From: the human T2T-CHM13v2.0 reference genome, Homo sapiens
Direction: 5' to 3' (one strand)
NCBI RefSeq assembly: GCF_009914755.1
Contig: NC_060937.1
Length of the DNA stretch: 64,000 bases
The notes beneath the pieces are model-generated. The model saw nothing but the letters and a program-made list of their open reading frames with translations. It was not told the origin of the DNA and searched no databases. The translations under genes were made by a program, and so were the position numbers. Of this stretch, positions 41,637 through 54,879 are shown piece after piece (position 1 is the stretch's first letter; each line of letters opens with the position of its first letter).

Positions 41637-43983
41637 TGTATTAGTCTGTTTTCATGTTGCTAATAAAGACATACCCAAGACTGGGTAATTTATAAAGAAA
41701 AAGAAGTGTAATGGACTCATGATTCCACATGGCTGGGGAGGCCTCAAAATCATGGAGGAGGGTGAAAGATACATCTTACATCACAGCAAGCAAGAGAGAG
41801 AATGAGAAGCAAGTGAAACAAGTCTCCCTTTATAATACCATCAGATCTCCTGAGACTTATTCACTACCCAGAGAGCAGTATGAGGAAACTGCCCTCATGA
41901 TTCAATTAGCTCCCACAGGTCCCTCCCACAACATGTGGGAATAATGGGAGCTATAATTCAAGATGAGATTCAGGTAGGGACACAGCCAAACTGCATCATT
42001 TCATCCCTAGCCCCTCCCAAATCTCATGTCCTCACATTTCAAAACCATTCATGACTTCCCAACATTCCCCCAAAGTCTTAACTCATTTCAGCATTAACTC
42101 AAATGTACACAGTCCAATGTTTCATCTGAAACAAGGCAAGTCCATTCCCCCTGTGAGCCTGTAAAATCAAAAGCAAGTTAATTACTTCCTGGATACAATG
42201 GGGGTACAGGCATTGAGTAAATACAACCATTCCAAATGGGGGCAATTGGCCAAAACAAGGAGGCTACAGGCCCCATACAAGTCTGAAATCCAGTGGGGCA
42301 GCCCAATCTTAAGGCTCAAAAATGCTTTCCTTTCACTCCGTGGGTCACATCCAGGCCCCACTGATGCAAGAGGTGGGTTCCCATGGTCTTGGGCAGCGCC
42401 ACTCCTTTGACTTTGCAGGATACAGTCTCCTTCCTGGCTGCTTTCACTGGCTGGCATTGAGTGTCTGCAGCTCTTCCAGGTGCATGGTGCAAGCTGTTAG
42501 TGGATCTACCATTCTGGGGTCTGGAGGACAGTGGGCCTCTTCTCACAGCTCCACTAGGCAGTGCCTCAATAGGGACTCTGTGTGCAGGCTCTGACCCCTC
42601 ATTTCACTTCTGCACCGTCCTAGCAGGGGTTCTCCATGAGGGCCCCGCCCCTGCAGCAAATGTTTGCCTGGGCATCCAGGCACGTCCATACAGCCTCTGA
42701 AATCTAGCGGGAGGTTTCCAAACCCCAATTCTTGACTTCTGTGCACTCACAGGCTCAACACCATGTGGAAGTTACAAAGGCTTGGGGCTCGCACCCTCTG
42801 AAGCCATGGCCCGAGCTCTACATCGGCCCCTTCAGCCATGGCTGGAGTAGCTGGGACACAGGGCACCAAGTCCCTAGGCTGCACACAATATGGGGACCCT
42901 GGGCCCAGCATATGAAACCATTTTTTCCTCCTAGGTCTTCAGGCCGGGGATGGAAGGGGCTGACATGAAAATCTCTGACATACCCTGGAGACATTTTCCC
43001 CATTGCCTTGGGGATTAATATTCAGCTCCTAATTACTTATGCAAATGTCTGCAGTCGGCTTGAATTTTTCCTCAGAAAATGGGATTTTCTTTTTGATAGC
43101 ATTTTTAGGCTGCAAATTTTCTGAATGTTTATGCTCTGCTTACCTTATAAAACTGAATGCCTTTAACAGCACCCAAGTCACCTTTTAAATGCTTTGCTGC
43201 TTAGAAATATATTCCACCAGATACTCTAAATTATCTCTCTCAAGTTCAAAGTTCCACAAATCTCTGTGGCAGCAGCAAAATATCTCCAGTCTATTTGCTA
43301 AAACATAACAAGAGTCACCTTTTCTCTAGTTCCCAATAAGTTCCTCATCTCCATCTGAGACCACCTCAGCCTGGACTTTATTTGTCCATATCACTATTGG
43401 CACTTTGGGCAAAGCCATTCAACAAGTCTCTCGGAAGTTCCAAACTTTCCCACATGTTCCTGTTTTCTTCTGAGCCCTCCATACTCTTGCAACTCCTGCC
43501 TATCACCCAGTTTCAAAGTTGCTTCCACATTTTTGGGTATTATTACAGCAGCAACCCAGTCTCAGTAACAATTTATTGTATTAGTCTGTTTTCATGCTGC
43601 TAATAAAGACATACCTGAGACTGGGTAATTTATAAAGAAAAAAATGTCTAATGGACTCACATGGCTGGGGACTCAGTTCACGGAGTTTAGTGGACACAGT
43701 TTAATGGACTCACATGGCTGGGGAGGCCTCACAATCATGATGGAGGCTGAAAGGCATGTCTCGCATTGCAGCAGGGAAGAGCAAGAATGAGAACCAACCA
43801 AAAGGGGTTTCCCCATATAAAACCATCTGATCTTGTGAGGTTTACTCACTACCACACAAGCAGTATGGGTGAAACTGCCCCCGTGATTCAATTACCTCCC
43901 ACTGGATTCCTCCTACAACTTGGGAATTATGGGAGCTGCAATTCAAGATGAGATCTTGGTGGGGACACAGCCTAACCATATCA
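41637..43983 (-). mobile_element. Full-length THE1B (MaLR): LTR 41637-41998, internal 41999-43576, LTR 43577-43983
   Basis: Two LTRs (tgtattagtctgttttc...catca), ~1.58-kb internal region, perfect 5-bp TSD caaat at 41632-41636 and 43984-43988. Confidence 0.93.
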
Positions 43984-44389
43984 CAAATGATCATGAATGG
44001 GTTTCTTTCTAGAAATATATTGAAGAAAATAGATTCTAGCAAGTTTGGGTAAATCTGACTAGGCCAAAATGTAAAATTCCATTCCTTCTTGTGTTTATGT
44101 TAACAAAACTAGGTTCTAATACTCATCAAATTTTTTGTACAATTTTTTGTATCAAAAAAGAAAAATTTTTGTGATACAGTCTAAATTTTTACAAAGATTT
44201 TTATAGTCCTACTTATTTTTTATACTAACCGTGCAAGGGAAGAAAATTAAGCAGAGCATATCTAAACAATCTAAGAAACACAATTCCCCGTATATACCCC
44301 AAAATAAAGAAACTCATCTCAAATCATAACTTAAAAATAAGCATTAGAAACTGAAGCAGACTGGCATTGCACACAGCAAGTCTTAACAG

Positions 44390-45760
44390 AAAAAATAATT
44401 TTAATTCATCCATTCAGTAAATATTTACCACTTGCTTTCCATATGACAGCCACTGTCCTATTTAATATAAATGAGCAGTAAATATTCTATGGTGACAATT
44501 TTAAAAAATCAATAAAAATTCCACAAAAAAGTATTTAAAACTTTTACAGAATGGGCAGCCCACATTTGAAATTGAAAAATAATTAGAAAACTAGGAGGAA
44601 GACAGATAATTGTACAAAAAATGTTTGGCAATTTGAAATACTGCCAGTGGATCAAGTAAAAAGAATTTTATTTTTTTCTATTGGTAATAAGATGGAGAAA
44701 TATTTATTGAAATAAATTTTATTGTGATGATGAGACAATTATCAAGGTGCTGTGGTTCAAGTGAGGAATATGAGCAAGTAAAGAAAGTAACAGTGTTGAA
44801 AACTCTTAAAATACCTTGAAGAGAAGAATGCTGTGGTGGAGGATAGAGGATAGAGAGCCAACAGATTGAGGATCTTTAATGAGATAACTTGGTAACTTAA
44901 TGCTTATACACTAATGAATAGACCTTAGCAAGGAGGGCAGCAATAAAAGGAGAGAGGAGAAAAAGTAGCATAAAATTCGTAAGTGATATTGCTTCCATTG
45001 GAAAAGGAGAGTTAAAGAACAGGGCAGGGCAGACACAAGTAAGTTTATTTGTTTGGTGGCAGAAGTTGGGATTCATCTTGTTAAATGACTCCTATTTCAA
45101 TGTAAATATGCATTAATTCAACAATTTCTACACTATTGTTGATATTTCTGAATGTGGGAGAAAAGTGGAGAGGGGAATTTAAGGAGAGTTTAAGGCAATT
45201 TATAGAGACTTGTGCAAAATATTTAAATAGTTTGTATAAGAAACGGGAGCAAGAAATGAAGACGGAATTTGGAAAAGGTTGCAAGGTTCCGGGTGAAGAA
45301 GAATGTCATAAATTAGTATTGGCAAAAATCTACATAATTCTGCAGGTATCTCTAATGGTGCTTAGTAGCCAGGTGTATGTGTAGAAAAGTTAGGCTTTTG
45401 TTGTTGTTGTTGTTGTTTTCTTCAAGCAGTGTGGCTAAAGAGCAATAGGAAAAAAGAGAACTGGAAAAAAATAGGATCAGAAAATGATTGAAATGATACA
45501 CCAAGTTTCAGAGACATGATGAATGAAGAGATTATGGAAAGGGGTACAAAGAACGAAAATGGAGGGTTCAAGGAACAGGAGGACTATCTGCAGTTGAAGA
45601 AAATGTATATTGATAATAATTAAGATGAATAAACTGGTTGATAACTGGGGAGAAGAATGCTTCAGTTCAAGTTTTAATTGTTTAAGAGTTGCCAGGTGAT
45701 GATAGTATCTAGTGTAGGAAAACACTGAGAGAAGATAAAAGTCACTAAAGGTGAAAAAAA
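44390..45760 (-). mobile_element. Very old L2 fragments
   Basis: attcatccattcagtaaatatttac (antisense L2 3' end) followed by purine-rich decayed sequence. Confidence 0.4.
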
Positions 45761-46494
45761 TTATAAACTGAAACCCAATCTAAAAAGAATTTAGATGGTT
45801 TCTCAGTATGGGAACTACTCTAAATATAATGGATAACCAGAGAAGTATTAGAACCCATCTGAGAGTAATGACAACCAAGAAAACTACCTTTAGTAAAGAA
45901 AATAATGGAATAACACTTCAAAGTGGATAAAAAGAAAAGAGAAAGAAGATATTTTATAGTGGAAAGTGCACAGCATTTAGAACGTGACAGTCCTTCATTC
46001 ATGTCCCAACTGTACCATTTACTAGATCTGTGGCATTGTCTATCTGAACCTTGGCTTTATCAATAGTAAAATATAGATTCTCTCAATATATATTTATCAT
46101 GCTATTTCTTTATGCCAGAGAATGGATTAAATAATTATAACCTGTTCTTTGGATGAAATAAATGTATTATAAAACCAGATGTGTAAATATATGAATATTA
46201 TCTCATAGAAATTCTGTTTCCACAACAATAAAAAATTAAGTATATGTTTCAGTACTTTCATGTGAAGATACCTTAAGGTTATTAAAATACATCAGAATAA
46301 TTTCATCTTTGTCTAATATATATCAAATTTTGTTGAGCTTTTTTGAAAATCGCATTGTTACTTCCTCTTTGGATGGTAACATGCCCTGAGATTTCTCTTA
46401 GTTGCTTTGTTTGCAAGGGCCTTATATGGCTATAGCATGTCTGCCTCCTTGTTATCAAATATAATATAGTATAGTGAGTTCTACTTTATGATTA

Positions 46495-46620
46495 AAAAAT
46501 AAATTTTCATTAATAATATACATTCAGTTAATATAAATTTTATCCTAATATAAAATTCATATATATATTTATATATAGTTATATATATAGTATATATATA
46601 CATAGTTTAAAAATTATATA
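46495..46620. repeat. AT-rich low-complexity / degenerate (TA)n
   Basis: atatatatttatatatagttatatatatagtatatatata. Confidence 0.8.
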
Positions 46621-49374
46621 GGAGATTCTTTGCAGAGATTGCTATTTCAGAATAGGTGGGTCTGAGATGAGTGAAAACACCTTTTTAGGACCTTTGAATT
46701 TTAAATTAATTTATCAATTATGTGAGAAGATATGCTGATGCTTAATACTTACTGAAATTAAACATAATTAAACAGTTTCATCACCTATTTTCCAAACAAT
46801 TATTATTGTCATGAGGATGTCTGTAATATCACTAAAGCCTATTGCATGCCGCTGGTATCTTGTGATGAAAAATTGACAAAAATGTTTAGATTTAATTTAG
46901 CTGAATATATTGCCTCCTAAAAATAGAAAGAAAAAGAAACAAATTATATTAAAAAATACTCCTAAGAAAAATCTGTTTCTAACTAAAGCAATTTTTATTA
47001 AACCCAATCTATCCATGCTTTTCCAGGTTAATTGGAATTATAAGGATTCCCTTTCAACACTGTAAAAAATCTCTTAATTGTAATTGGTCCTGTGACCTCT
47101 TGTCTAGGCTGCCATGGTGTGACAGCTGACCACTTCTGGCTCTAACTAGGCATCAGAGGAACTTTTGGTTGTTCGGTTGGTGATGGCTGAAAATCAGTCT
47201 TCACTTCCTTTATTATAGGTAGGCTGAGGAAATTGTATTTGCTTCTTTTTTTTGTTGTTGTAATCAATTACTGATTCCTAAGCACATTTTTCCACACTTG
47301 TTTAAACATCTATTTTCCTAAATGTGAAGACCACCCAGCTATTGTGAGAACAGATTATCACACTTTTAGTATGTTCTCAATTATTCTCACATTTACTTTC
47401 TACATCACCCACTTTAGGGTTTACTAAGAGTTACACAATTCAGAGTGTGGATTAGCATTTCACTTAAAGAGCACTGGTAGTTTAACACTTAGATTCATAA
47501 TGCTCTTCCATCTCACCAAGAGCCTGTTTTTAAACCTAACATCAATCTACAAACATAATAAGCAGGATTATACAGAAACACACATGCAGAACATTTTCAT
47601 CATAACAGATGAGTGGCTCTCAGAGCAGACAAGAACCCATAGGGTATTCACTGCCATGACTCACTCGTCTCTTCAAAATGCTGTATGCTTTATACATGCA
47701 ATTTTAAAATCTCACTGCTTCTTAGCACAAGTTAAGATAGAGCCTGTTGCTCCCCCTGAATGTATCATGTTCATTTCTACTCTAAGCCCTTGTTTTATGT
47801 TTTCTCTCCATATTGTTGGGCCTACATTTTCCTTCACACCTCCTTCATCTATCTTACCTATTTTGAAGGTACTAGTTGAGGTACCACTTCCGCAATGCTT
47901 GTTTGATCCTGCCAACCCAGAGTTCACATTATTTCTTAAGTAGTTCTTTCACCAACCGCATTTTTTTTTTTTTTTTTTTTTGAGCAGGTACTGTTATCTT
48001 ACAAGAGGAAAAGAAACCCTGGCTTTGAACTCAGTACTGGGCAAATAATATGTCCTCAGTTTTGAGAAGGGTGTGGATATTACCATTTCTTATTGTCAAC
48101 ACAACAAGCAAGGATGAGATGCATCCATTCAAGCTTTTACTTCTATTTGCCTTCATTTTAGTGCTATCCTGGGGAGTTGCAGTTCTAAGTCTCAGAATGC
48201 TAGTTGTTGGGTCTTGCCTTTAGTAGGAAGTTTCTGCACTTAAGGATGATACTGCTCTGTGAGTAGGCTCATTTTAATTTTCCGTGGCAAAGAATGAGAA
48301 ATTTTTTTTCACTAGACAAACTGGGGCCATATACAACTTTTTTTTTTTTTCTGACTATAGATGCAGAGACTTTTGTGTGCCACGATATAAACAATCCCTG
48401 GACTGTGACTGGTCCCATAAGGCTTGATCTGTCAGTTCACATCCCTTATCTAGCTTCTTGCTTAGGTAAACTGAAGTCCTCTTTGAAGGAAGCAAGGTAG
48501 AATGTGAAGGAAGGAATAAACAGCTCCACTCAATTTTCAGGCCTAAGATCATAACCCGCATCAAAAGCTAGAGAAACTCAATGTTAAATGAATGACATTA
48601 GATTATCTTACAGTTATTACCAAATGAGTAATTTCCTTCCATATGGTTCTTCATGCACAGGTACCTCCTCAGGAAACTCTGAAAAAGAAGAAGTAGAAAT
48701 AGTATGAGACAAGAAACAGTCATATTCCAAAGGTAATAACATTCTCACTTTATCATGTCAAGTTGAAATATGAAAATGAAAAAGTTTAAAAATGTGATTT
48801 ATTTAGATTTAAAACATTATTCAAGCCACAAAGACAACCATTATGATACAGACCAAACTGTACTTAAATATATTTAAAAAGCTTGATTTAAAAATTTTAC
48901 CCATGATTTTTCTGCTTTGATTGCCTTTGTTTACCTGATTTTTCCTTCTTTTCCTATTCAATATCAAAATATTAGATGCACATGATAAAAAAATCAAATT
49001 GCAAAAGTTTATAATGAAAAAGAATTTCTTATTTTTACCTAGTCTAGTATCCTGGTAAGACATATTAATAATCTAGATTTTTTTTTATTTTAGAGGTTTA
49101 TAAGGTCATAGTACTTAAAATATTATTATATCAATAATTCTAGATCTATCTATTGGTGTTCTGTAATGAAAAGAATATTCAACTTCTAATACCATTCAAT
49201 AGTCCTCATTCAACTCACATTTTGATGGGCATCATTAAACTATGATACGATTTATTAATGGCTTTTGTGACAAGACATAAATTCTTAAAATGTGTTTTAT
49301 TTTTCCATGAAATGTATATACCTCTTTTCTTAAAAAGCCCTGCAGTATGCTAAGATTACTTGTCACTGTCTTAG

Positions 49375-49500
49375 TCAACAAATATTCATTTAGTATCTGC
49401 CATATGCCAGACACTGTTTTAGGTAAAGAGGATTCAGCAGAGAACAAAACAGAAAAACAGACCAACAAAAATGTCCCTGTCCTCAGGAGGCTTACAATCT
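49375..49500 (-). mobile_element. L2 3' end fragment
   Basis: caacaaatattcatttagtatctgccatatgccagacactgttttagg...ccctgtcctcaggagcttacaatct. Confidence 0.7.
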
Positions 49501-49574
49501 GATATATCAGAATTATATATTATAATTACATATACATATACAATTAAAATAATTAAAAAAAAAGAGAGAGAGAG

Positions 49575-50327
49575 AAATGCAAACCAAAACCACAATGAGG
49601 TAACACCTCACACCAGTCAGAATAGCTATTATTAAAAAGTCAGAAAGTAGCAGATGTTGGTGGGGTTGCAGAGAAAAGGGAAAGCTTATACCCTGCTGAT
49701 GGGAATGTAAATTGGTGCAGCCACTCTAGAAAGCAGTTTGGAGATTTTTCAAAGAACTTAAAAGAGAATCACCATTTGACTCAGCAATCTCATTATTGGA
49801 TATATACACAAAGGAATATAAATTGTTCTACCGTAAGGACACAGGCACATGTATGTTCATTGCAGCACTCTTCACAAAAGCAAAGACATGGAATCTACCT
49901 AGGTGCCCACCAATAATGGACTAGATAAAGAAAATGTGGTACATATGCACCATGGAATACCATGCAGCTATAAAAAAATGAGATCATAGCCTTTGCAGCA
50001 ACCTGGAAGGAGCTGGAGGTCATAATCCAAAGTGAATTAATGAAGCAAAGGAAAATTAAATACCATGTGTTCTCACTTATAATTGGGAGCTAAACATTGA
50101 GTACACATGAACACAAAAAAGGGAACAATAGACACTGGGGCTTGAATTTGAGGGTGGAGGGTTGGAGGAGGGTGAGGATTAAAAAACAACCTATTGGGTG
50201 TTATTCTGATTATCTGGGTAACAAAATTATCAGTACACCAAATCCTCAAACCCCCTTGACATGTAATTTACCCTGTAACAAACATGTACATGTACCCCCT
50301 GAACCTAAAAGTTGGAAAGAAAACAAA
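49575..50327 (+). mobile_element. L1PB-family 3' end
   Basis: aaatgcaaaccaaaaccacaatgag through 3' UTR gagggtggagggttggaggagggtgagg...ccccctgaacctaaaagttgg. Confidence 0.85.
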
Positions 50328-50829
50328 TTGCTATATGAAAGTTTCCTTCATATGAATCTGTTTATTCAGCTGTTTTTGTAGCAGTATCAAATTATTTTAT
50401 TTGAATATGGATTAAAGAATAATGTGCCTTAACTATACTTTAAATTTATCCACCTCACTGTCATATTCTACATAAAACAGAAAATTTTCCCCCATTCACA
50501 GGTGCCCTTAAACCACCTTTCCCAGGATGGACTTACTTTGTTCAGGATTATTGCTCAGATATCATATTTCTGAGTTAGAAGGAGTGTTTTCTGAATCCTT
50601 GTATATTTAGAGTCACGTTTTCCTGAACTCCCATATGTTTTCTCTCTATATATCCTCAAGTAACTTCAGAAATAACATATGGAGTATAAGTTATTTGAGT
50701 ACTTGATTGTTAAAGTTATCTTCATGTTGCTCTTATAATTAATTGACATTTTAATATAGATATTGAAACTCAAATCATCATTTTATCATAACTTACAAGG
50801 CTTTGCTTCATTATTTGTAAAATATTTTG

Positions 50830-52230
50830 TGTTAATAATGAGAAGCTGATTCCAGTCTGACTCTTTTCCGTTGCTGGTGACATTTTTTTGTTCAAGATTT
50901 TTAAATTCCCTTTTCAACCAGGGTATTATAAAAGTTCTTGAGGATATGTCTTTGTGTGGGCTTAAAACTTTCTTTGCTCAACATTTGGTGAGGCTTTTCA
51001 ATCTGTCTAGTTAGGTCTCTGTTTTCAGTTTTAGAAGACACTGTTTTAATTTTCCCTTTTGATCCATTTTGTCTGACCTTTCTTTCTGAAAATCCTTTTG
51101 GTGAGAATTGAACCTGCTGGATTGACTTTTTTTCCCCCATGTTCAGTTTTCTTTCACATTTTTTGTTTGTTTTACTGAGCTCTCCCTGATAAATTTTATC
51201 GTCTGATATTTATTTATAATTTTTATTTATTTGTGATAGCTGATGGCTCTTTTCTCTGCTAGTTTTTTTTCATATCTTTTAAACATTTTAATTAGCATAA
51301 TACCTTCTTTCTCTAAGAATGACAATTAGAATAGATTTTTTGTAAATATTCTCTCCATAATTTCCATTGATCCCAAGGCCCACTGCTTTGTTTATTTTGA
51401 TCTTCCTTTTTAATAAGTGTTAATTTTTTTGTATAAGTCCTTCATTGCAAATTTACATTTCATAAATGAAGAAATAGGACAAGTGAATAGTTTGATGTAA
51501 GGGGTATGAGCTCCCTGCTGAGTTATTGGATCTGTTTCCATGTTACATTTCCTCTGAAAAAGAAGGCTGAGAGGGAGATCTGGGGATTTAGGTGGAGCTT
51601 ATGGGCTGAAACCTTCAACTTTAGGGAGCATGAGCACAGGCATTAGGCTGTGAAGGCAGGACTGTCTGAAGGTAAGCACTTCTGTGCCTACCTGGGTCAA
51701 TACCTGACCTTGGAACCTTTATTGTCCAAAATCAGGGCACTCATTTTCTTTAGAGAAATCTTTCTTCATTCTTAACTCAGAAGAAAACCAGGCTGTCAGT
51801 CATTTTTTGAGTGTGAGGATCATCACATTTTCAGAGGGAAGTACTGAAAGGAGATGAATAAAGGCTAGGGGTGTCTATGGACAGAAATTCCTGTTCCTCA
51901 CCATTCTCAGTCTAGTCCTGGGTACCTATCCAACCCCAGCTCTGAGGTCAGGTCTTCCTAGAGCACCCATCTTCACTGCAGACCCCTCATGCACTTACCC
52001 TAGGCTGCGGCTTCTGCTTCTCTGTCATAGGCATTGATACCTTGAATAGGGGTAAAGTCCAGTTCTGAGATCTATTAAAATCACCTCAAGCATTCATGAT
52101 CTTTTCTACTCCTTGTTTATGCTAATAGCTTTTTTCCTTTTTATAAATGTATAATGTCACATCAATGGCAGCTTAGTAAGAAGAATGTATTATACAAGCA
52201 TATATGCTAAGTCTGCTATCTTGAACTGGA
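50830..52230 (-). mobile_element. Old L1M 5'/ORF1-region remnant
   Basis: T-rich antisense L1-like sequence (ggtgaggcttttcaatctg, ttgaacctgctggattg), ending tctgctatcttgaactggaa. Confidence 0.45.
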
Positions 52231-52936
52231 AACTTTGACCGTTTTGCTATTTCTAGAATATTTGGAGTGGTGAAAATAATTGTTAAACTTCACATTATTC
52301 TCTTACCTTTTATAATTGAGCAACTTGGTGTACATATATATGTATATAACACTATACTATATACAAAAATTATGTATATATACATGCAGACTTATATATA
52401 ACTAATCCATGCCATTATAGTTATTTATATATGTAACATGCCCAAAAGATACCAGATACTAATTCATTAAATTTACATATGTATAATTGGAACATATAGG
52501 TGACATTACATTTATTTCACCATTCACACTTTAACTGAAATAGTCTCATACCTTTTTTGTGTTAATCATGTTTGTTTTTTATGGTAATCTAGTATTACGT
52601 TAGAGATCCTATGTTAAATTCCTGTAAACAATTTTAAATTAGCTCATACTAATTTAATGAGCTAGCTGTTCATTAAAATTTTGACTTGGTTATAGTGGTA
52701 GTGTTATTCTATAAGGGAAACAAAGAAGTGGTACATATTGACAAAAAGCAATCATTGTTTACAGATACTATTTAAAAAGCATAATTCAGAAATGACTGAT
52801 TATTTTTCTTTTCTATTTTCCTAATTCATTTAGGGGAAAAATATATATTTTCCTATTTATCTTTCTATAAAAAACTATTTTGTATAAATTTTAGCCCATA
52901 TAACAAAACTTAATTGAAAGATCATTATAATTATCA

Positions 52937-53213
52937 GGCCAGGCACTGTGGGTCACACCTGTAATCCCAGCACTTTGGGAGGCTGAAGCGGGCAGATTAC
53001 CTGAAGTCAGGAGTTGGAGATCAGCCTGGCCAACACGGTGAAACCCTGTCTCTACTAAAAATACAAAAATTAGCTGGGCTTGATGGCGGGTACCTGCAAT
53101 CCTAATTCCAGCTACTCGGGAGGCTGCGGCAAAAGAAGAATTGCTTGAACCCGGGAGGCAGAAGTTGCAGTGTCCCGAGATCGCATCACTGCACACCAGC
53201 CTGGGCCACAGAG
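52937..53213 (+). mobile_element. AluSx-like element lacking its 3' end and poly-A tail
   Basis: ggccaggcactgtgggtcacacctg...attacctgaagtcaggagtt...agcctgggccacagag followed directly by tatatat. Confidence 0.9.
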
Positions 53214-53399
53214 TATATATATAGTTATTTTATGTGCAAATTTTCAAATAAAGACATTTATACTATGATACCGTATATAAGTTCCAGAAAAGCCTCTTGT
53301 TTTATAGAATTGTGCCTAAAAAATTACAGAATTAGGAAAAATTTGTTTAGAAGGCAGACAGATCTAAATATATGCAAACATTAAAGAGTATTATCAAAA

Positions 53400-53690
53400 A
53401 ATACAAGTTAATAAAATACTAACAAGTTTTAAAGTATGAATTTAACTTCAATTAAATAATTGTGAATGTAAATAAAATCCTTAAAAAACTATAAAGAAGT
53501 CATATCCAGAATAGATAAAGATCTCCTACAAGTTAAAAATTAAAGGCAAGCAACTCAAGAAAAATAGATAAAATACTTGAACAAATATTTCATGAAAGGG
53601 GATACTAAAATGTACAATACACATATGAAATTATACCCAATTTTATTTGATTAACAAAGGTAAATTGAAACCAAAATGAAATACAACTGA
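53400..53690 (+). mobile_element. L1ME ORF2 3' fragment (host of the following L1PA insertion; resumes ~54800-54870)
   Basis: atatccagaatagataaagatctcctacaa, aaatacttgaacaaatatttcat, aaattgaaaccaaaatgaaatac. Confidence 0.55.
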
Positions 53691-54787
53691 TGTGGTTACC
53701 GTAGCCTTGTAGTATCATTTGAAGTCAGGTAGTATGATGCCTCCAGCTTTGATCTTTCTGCTTAGGATTGTCTTAGCTATGTGGGCTCTTTTTTGGTTCC
53801 ATATGAACTTTAAGGTACTTTTTTCTAATTCTGTGAAGAATGTCAGTGGTAGTTTGATGGAAATAGCATTGAATCTAAAAGTTACTTTGGGCAGTATGGC
53901 CATTTTCGTGATATTGATTCTTCCTATCCATGAGGATGGAATGTTTTTCCATTTGTTTGTGTTCTCTTACTTTCTTGAACAGTGGTTTGTAGTTCTCCTT
54001 GAAGAGGTCCTTCACATCCCTTGTTAGCTGTATTCTTAGGTATTTTACTCTCTTTGTAGCAATTGTGAATGGGAGTTTACTCACGATTTGGCTCTCTGCT
54101 TGCCTATTGTTGGTGTAAAAGAATGCTTGTGATTTTTGCGCATTGATTTTGTATCCTGAGACTTTTCTAAAGTTGCTTATCAGTTTAAGGAGTTTGGGGG
54201 CTGAAATAATGGGGTTTTCTAAATATAAAATCATGTAGTCTGCAAACGGAGACAATTTGACTTCCTCTCTTTCTATCTGAATACACTATATTTCTTTCTC
54301 TTGCCTGATTACCTTGGCCAGAACTTCCAATACTATGTTGAATAGGAGTGGTGAGAGAGGACATCTTTGTCTTGTACCAGTTTTCAAAGGGAATGCTTCC
54401 AACTTTTGCCCATTCAATATAATGTTGGCTGTGGGTTTGTCATAAATGGCTGTTATTACTTTGAAATATGTTCCATCAATACCTAGATTATTGAGAGTTT
54501 TTAACATGAAGAGATGTTGAATTTTATAAAAGGCCTCTTCTGCATCTATTGAGATAATCACATCCCTTGTTAGCTGTATTTCTAGCTATTTTATTCTCTT
54601 TGTAGCAATTTTGAATGGGAGTTCATTCATAATTTGACTCTCTGGTTGTCTATTGTTGGTGTAAAGGAATACTTGTGATTTTTGCACGTTGATTTTGTAT
54701 GCTGGGGCTTTGCTGAAGTTTCTTATCAGCTTTCGGAGTTTTTGGACTGAGACAATGGGGTTTTCTAAATATAGGATCACGCCGTTT
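53691..54787 (-). mobile_element. Older L1PA internal ORF2 (RT) fragment, truncated at both ends, with internal ~230-bp repeat
   Basis: ORFs 53715-53903, 53875-54255, 54286-54561 and 54586-54798 are all L1 ORF2; no 3' UTR or poly-A. Confidence 0.9.
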
Positions 54788-54879
54788 CTGTTTGCCATTT
54801 TCTACTACCATTGAGCATATATGCATTTTATGACCATGCAATTCCATTCCTGGTTATGTTTTCAAGATAAACAATAACT

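Noticed and set aside
42182-43603. Multiple ORFs in the THE1B internal region
   Set aside because: Short fragments of the decayed MaLR internal sequence; no intact long ORF
47962-47985. Poly-T followed by gag, suggesting an Alu or processed-pseudogene tail
   Set aside because: No Alu body or TSD follows; treated as a simple mononucleotide run
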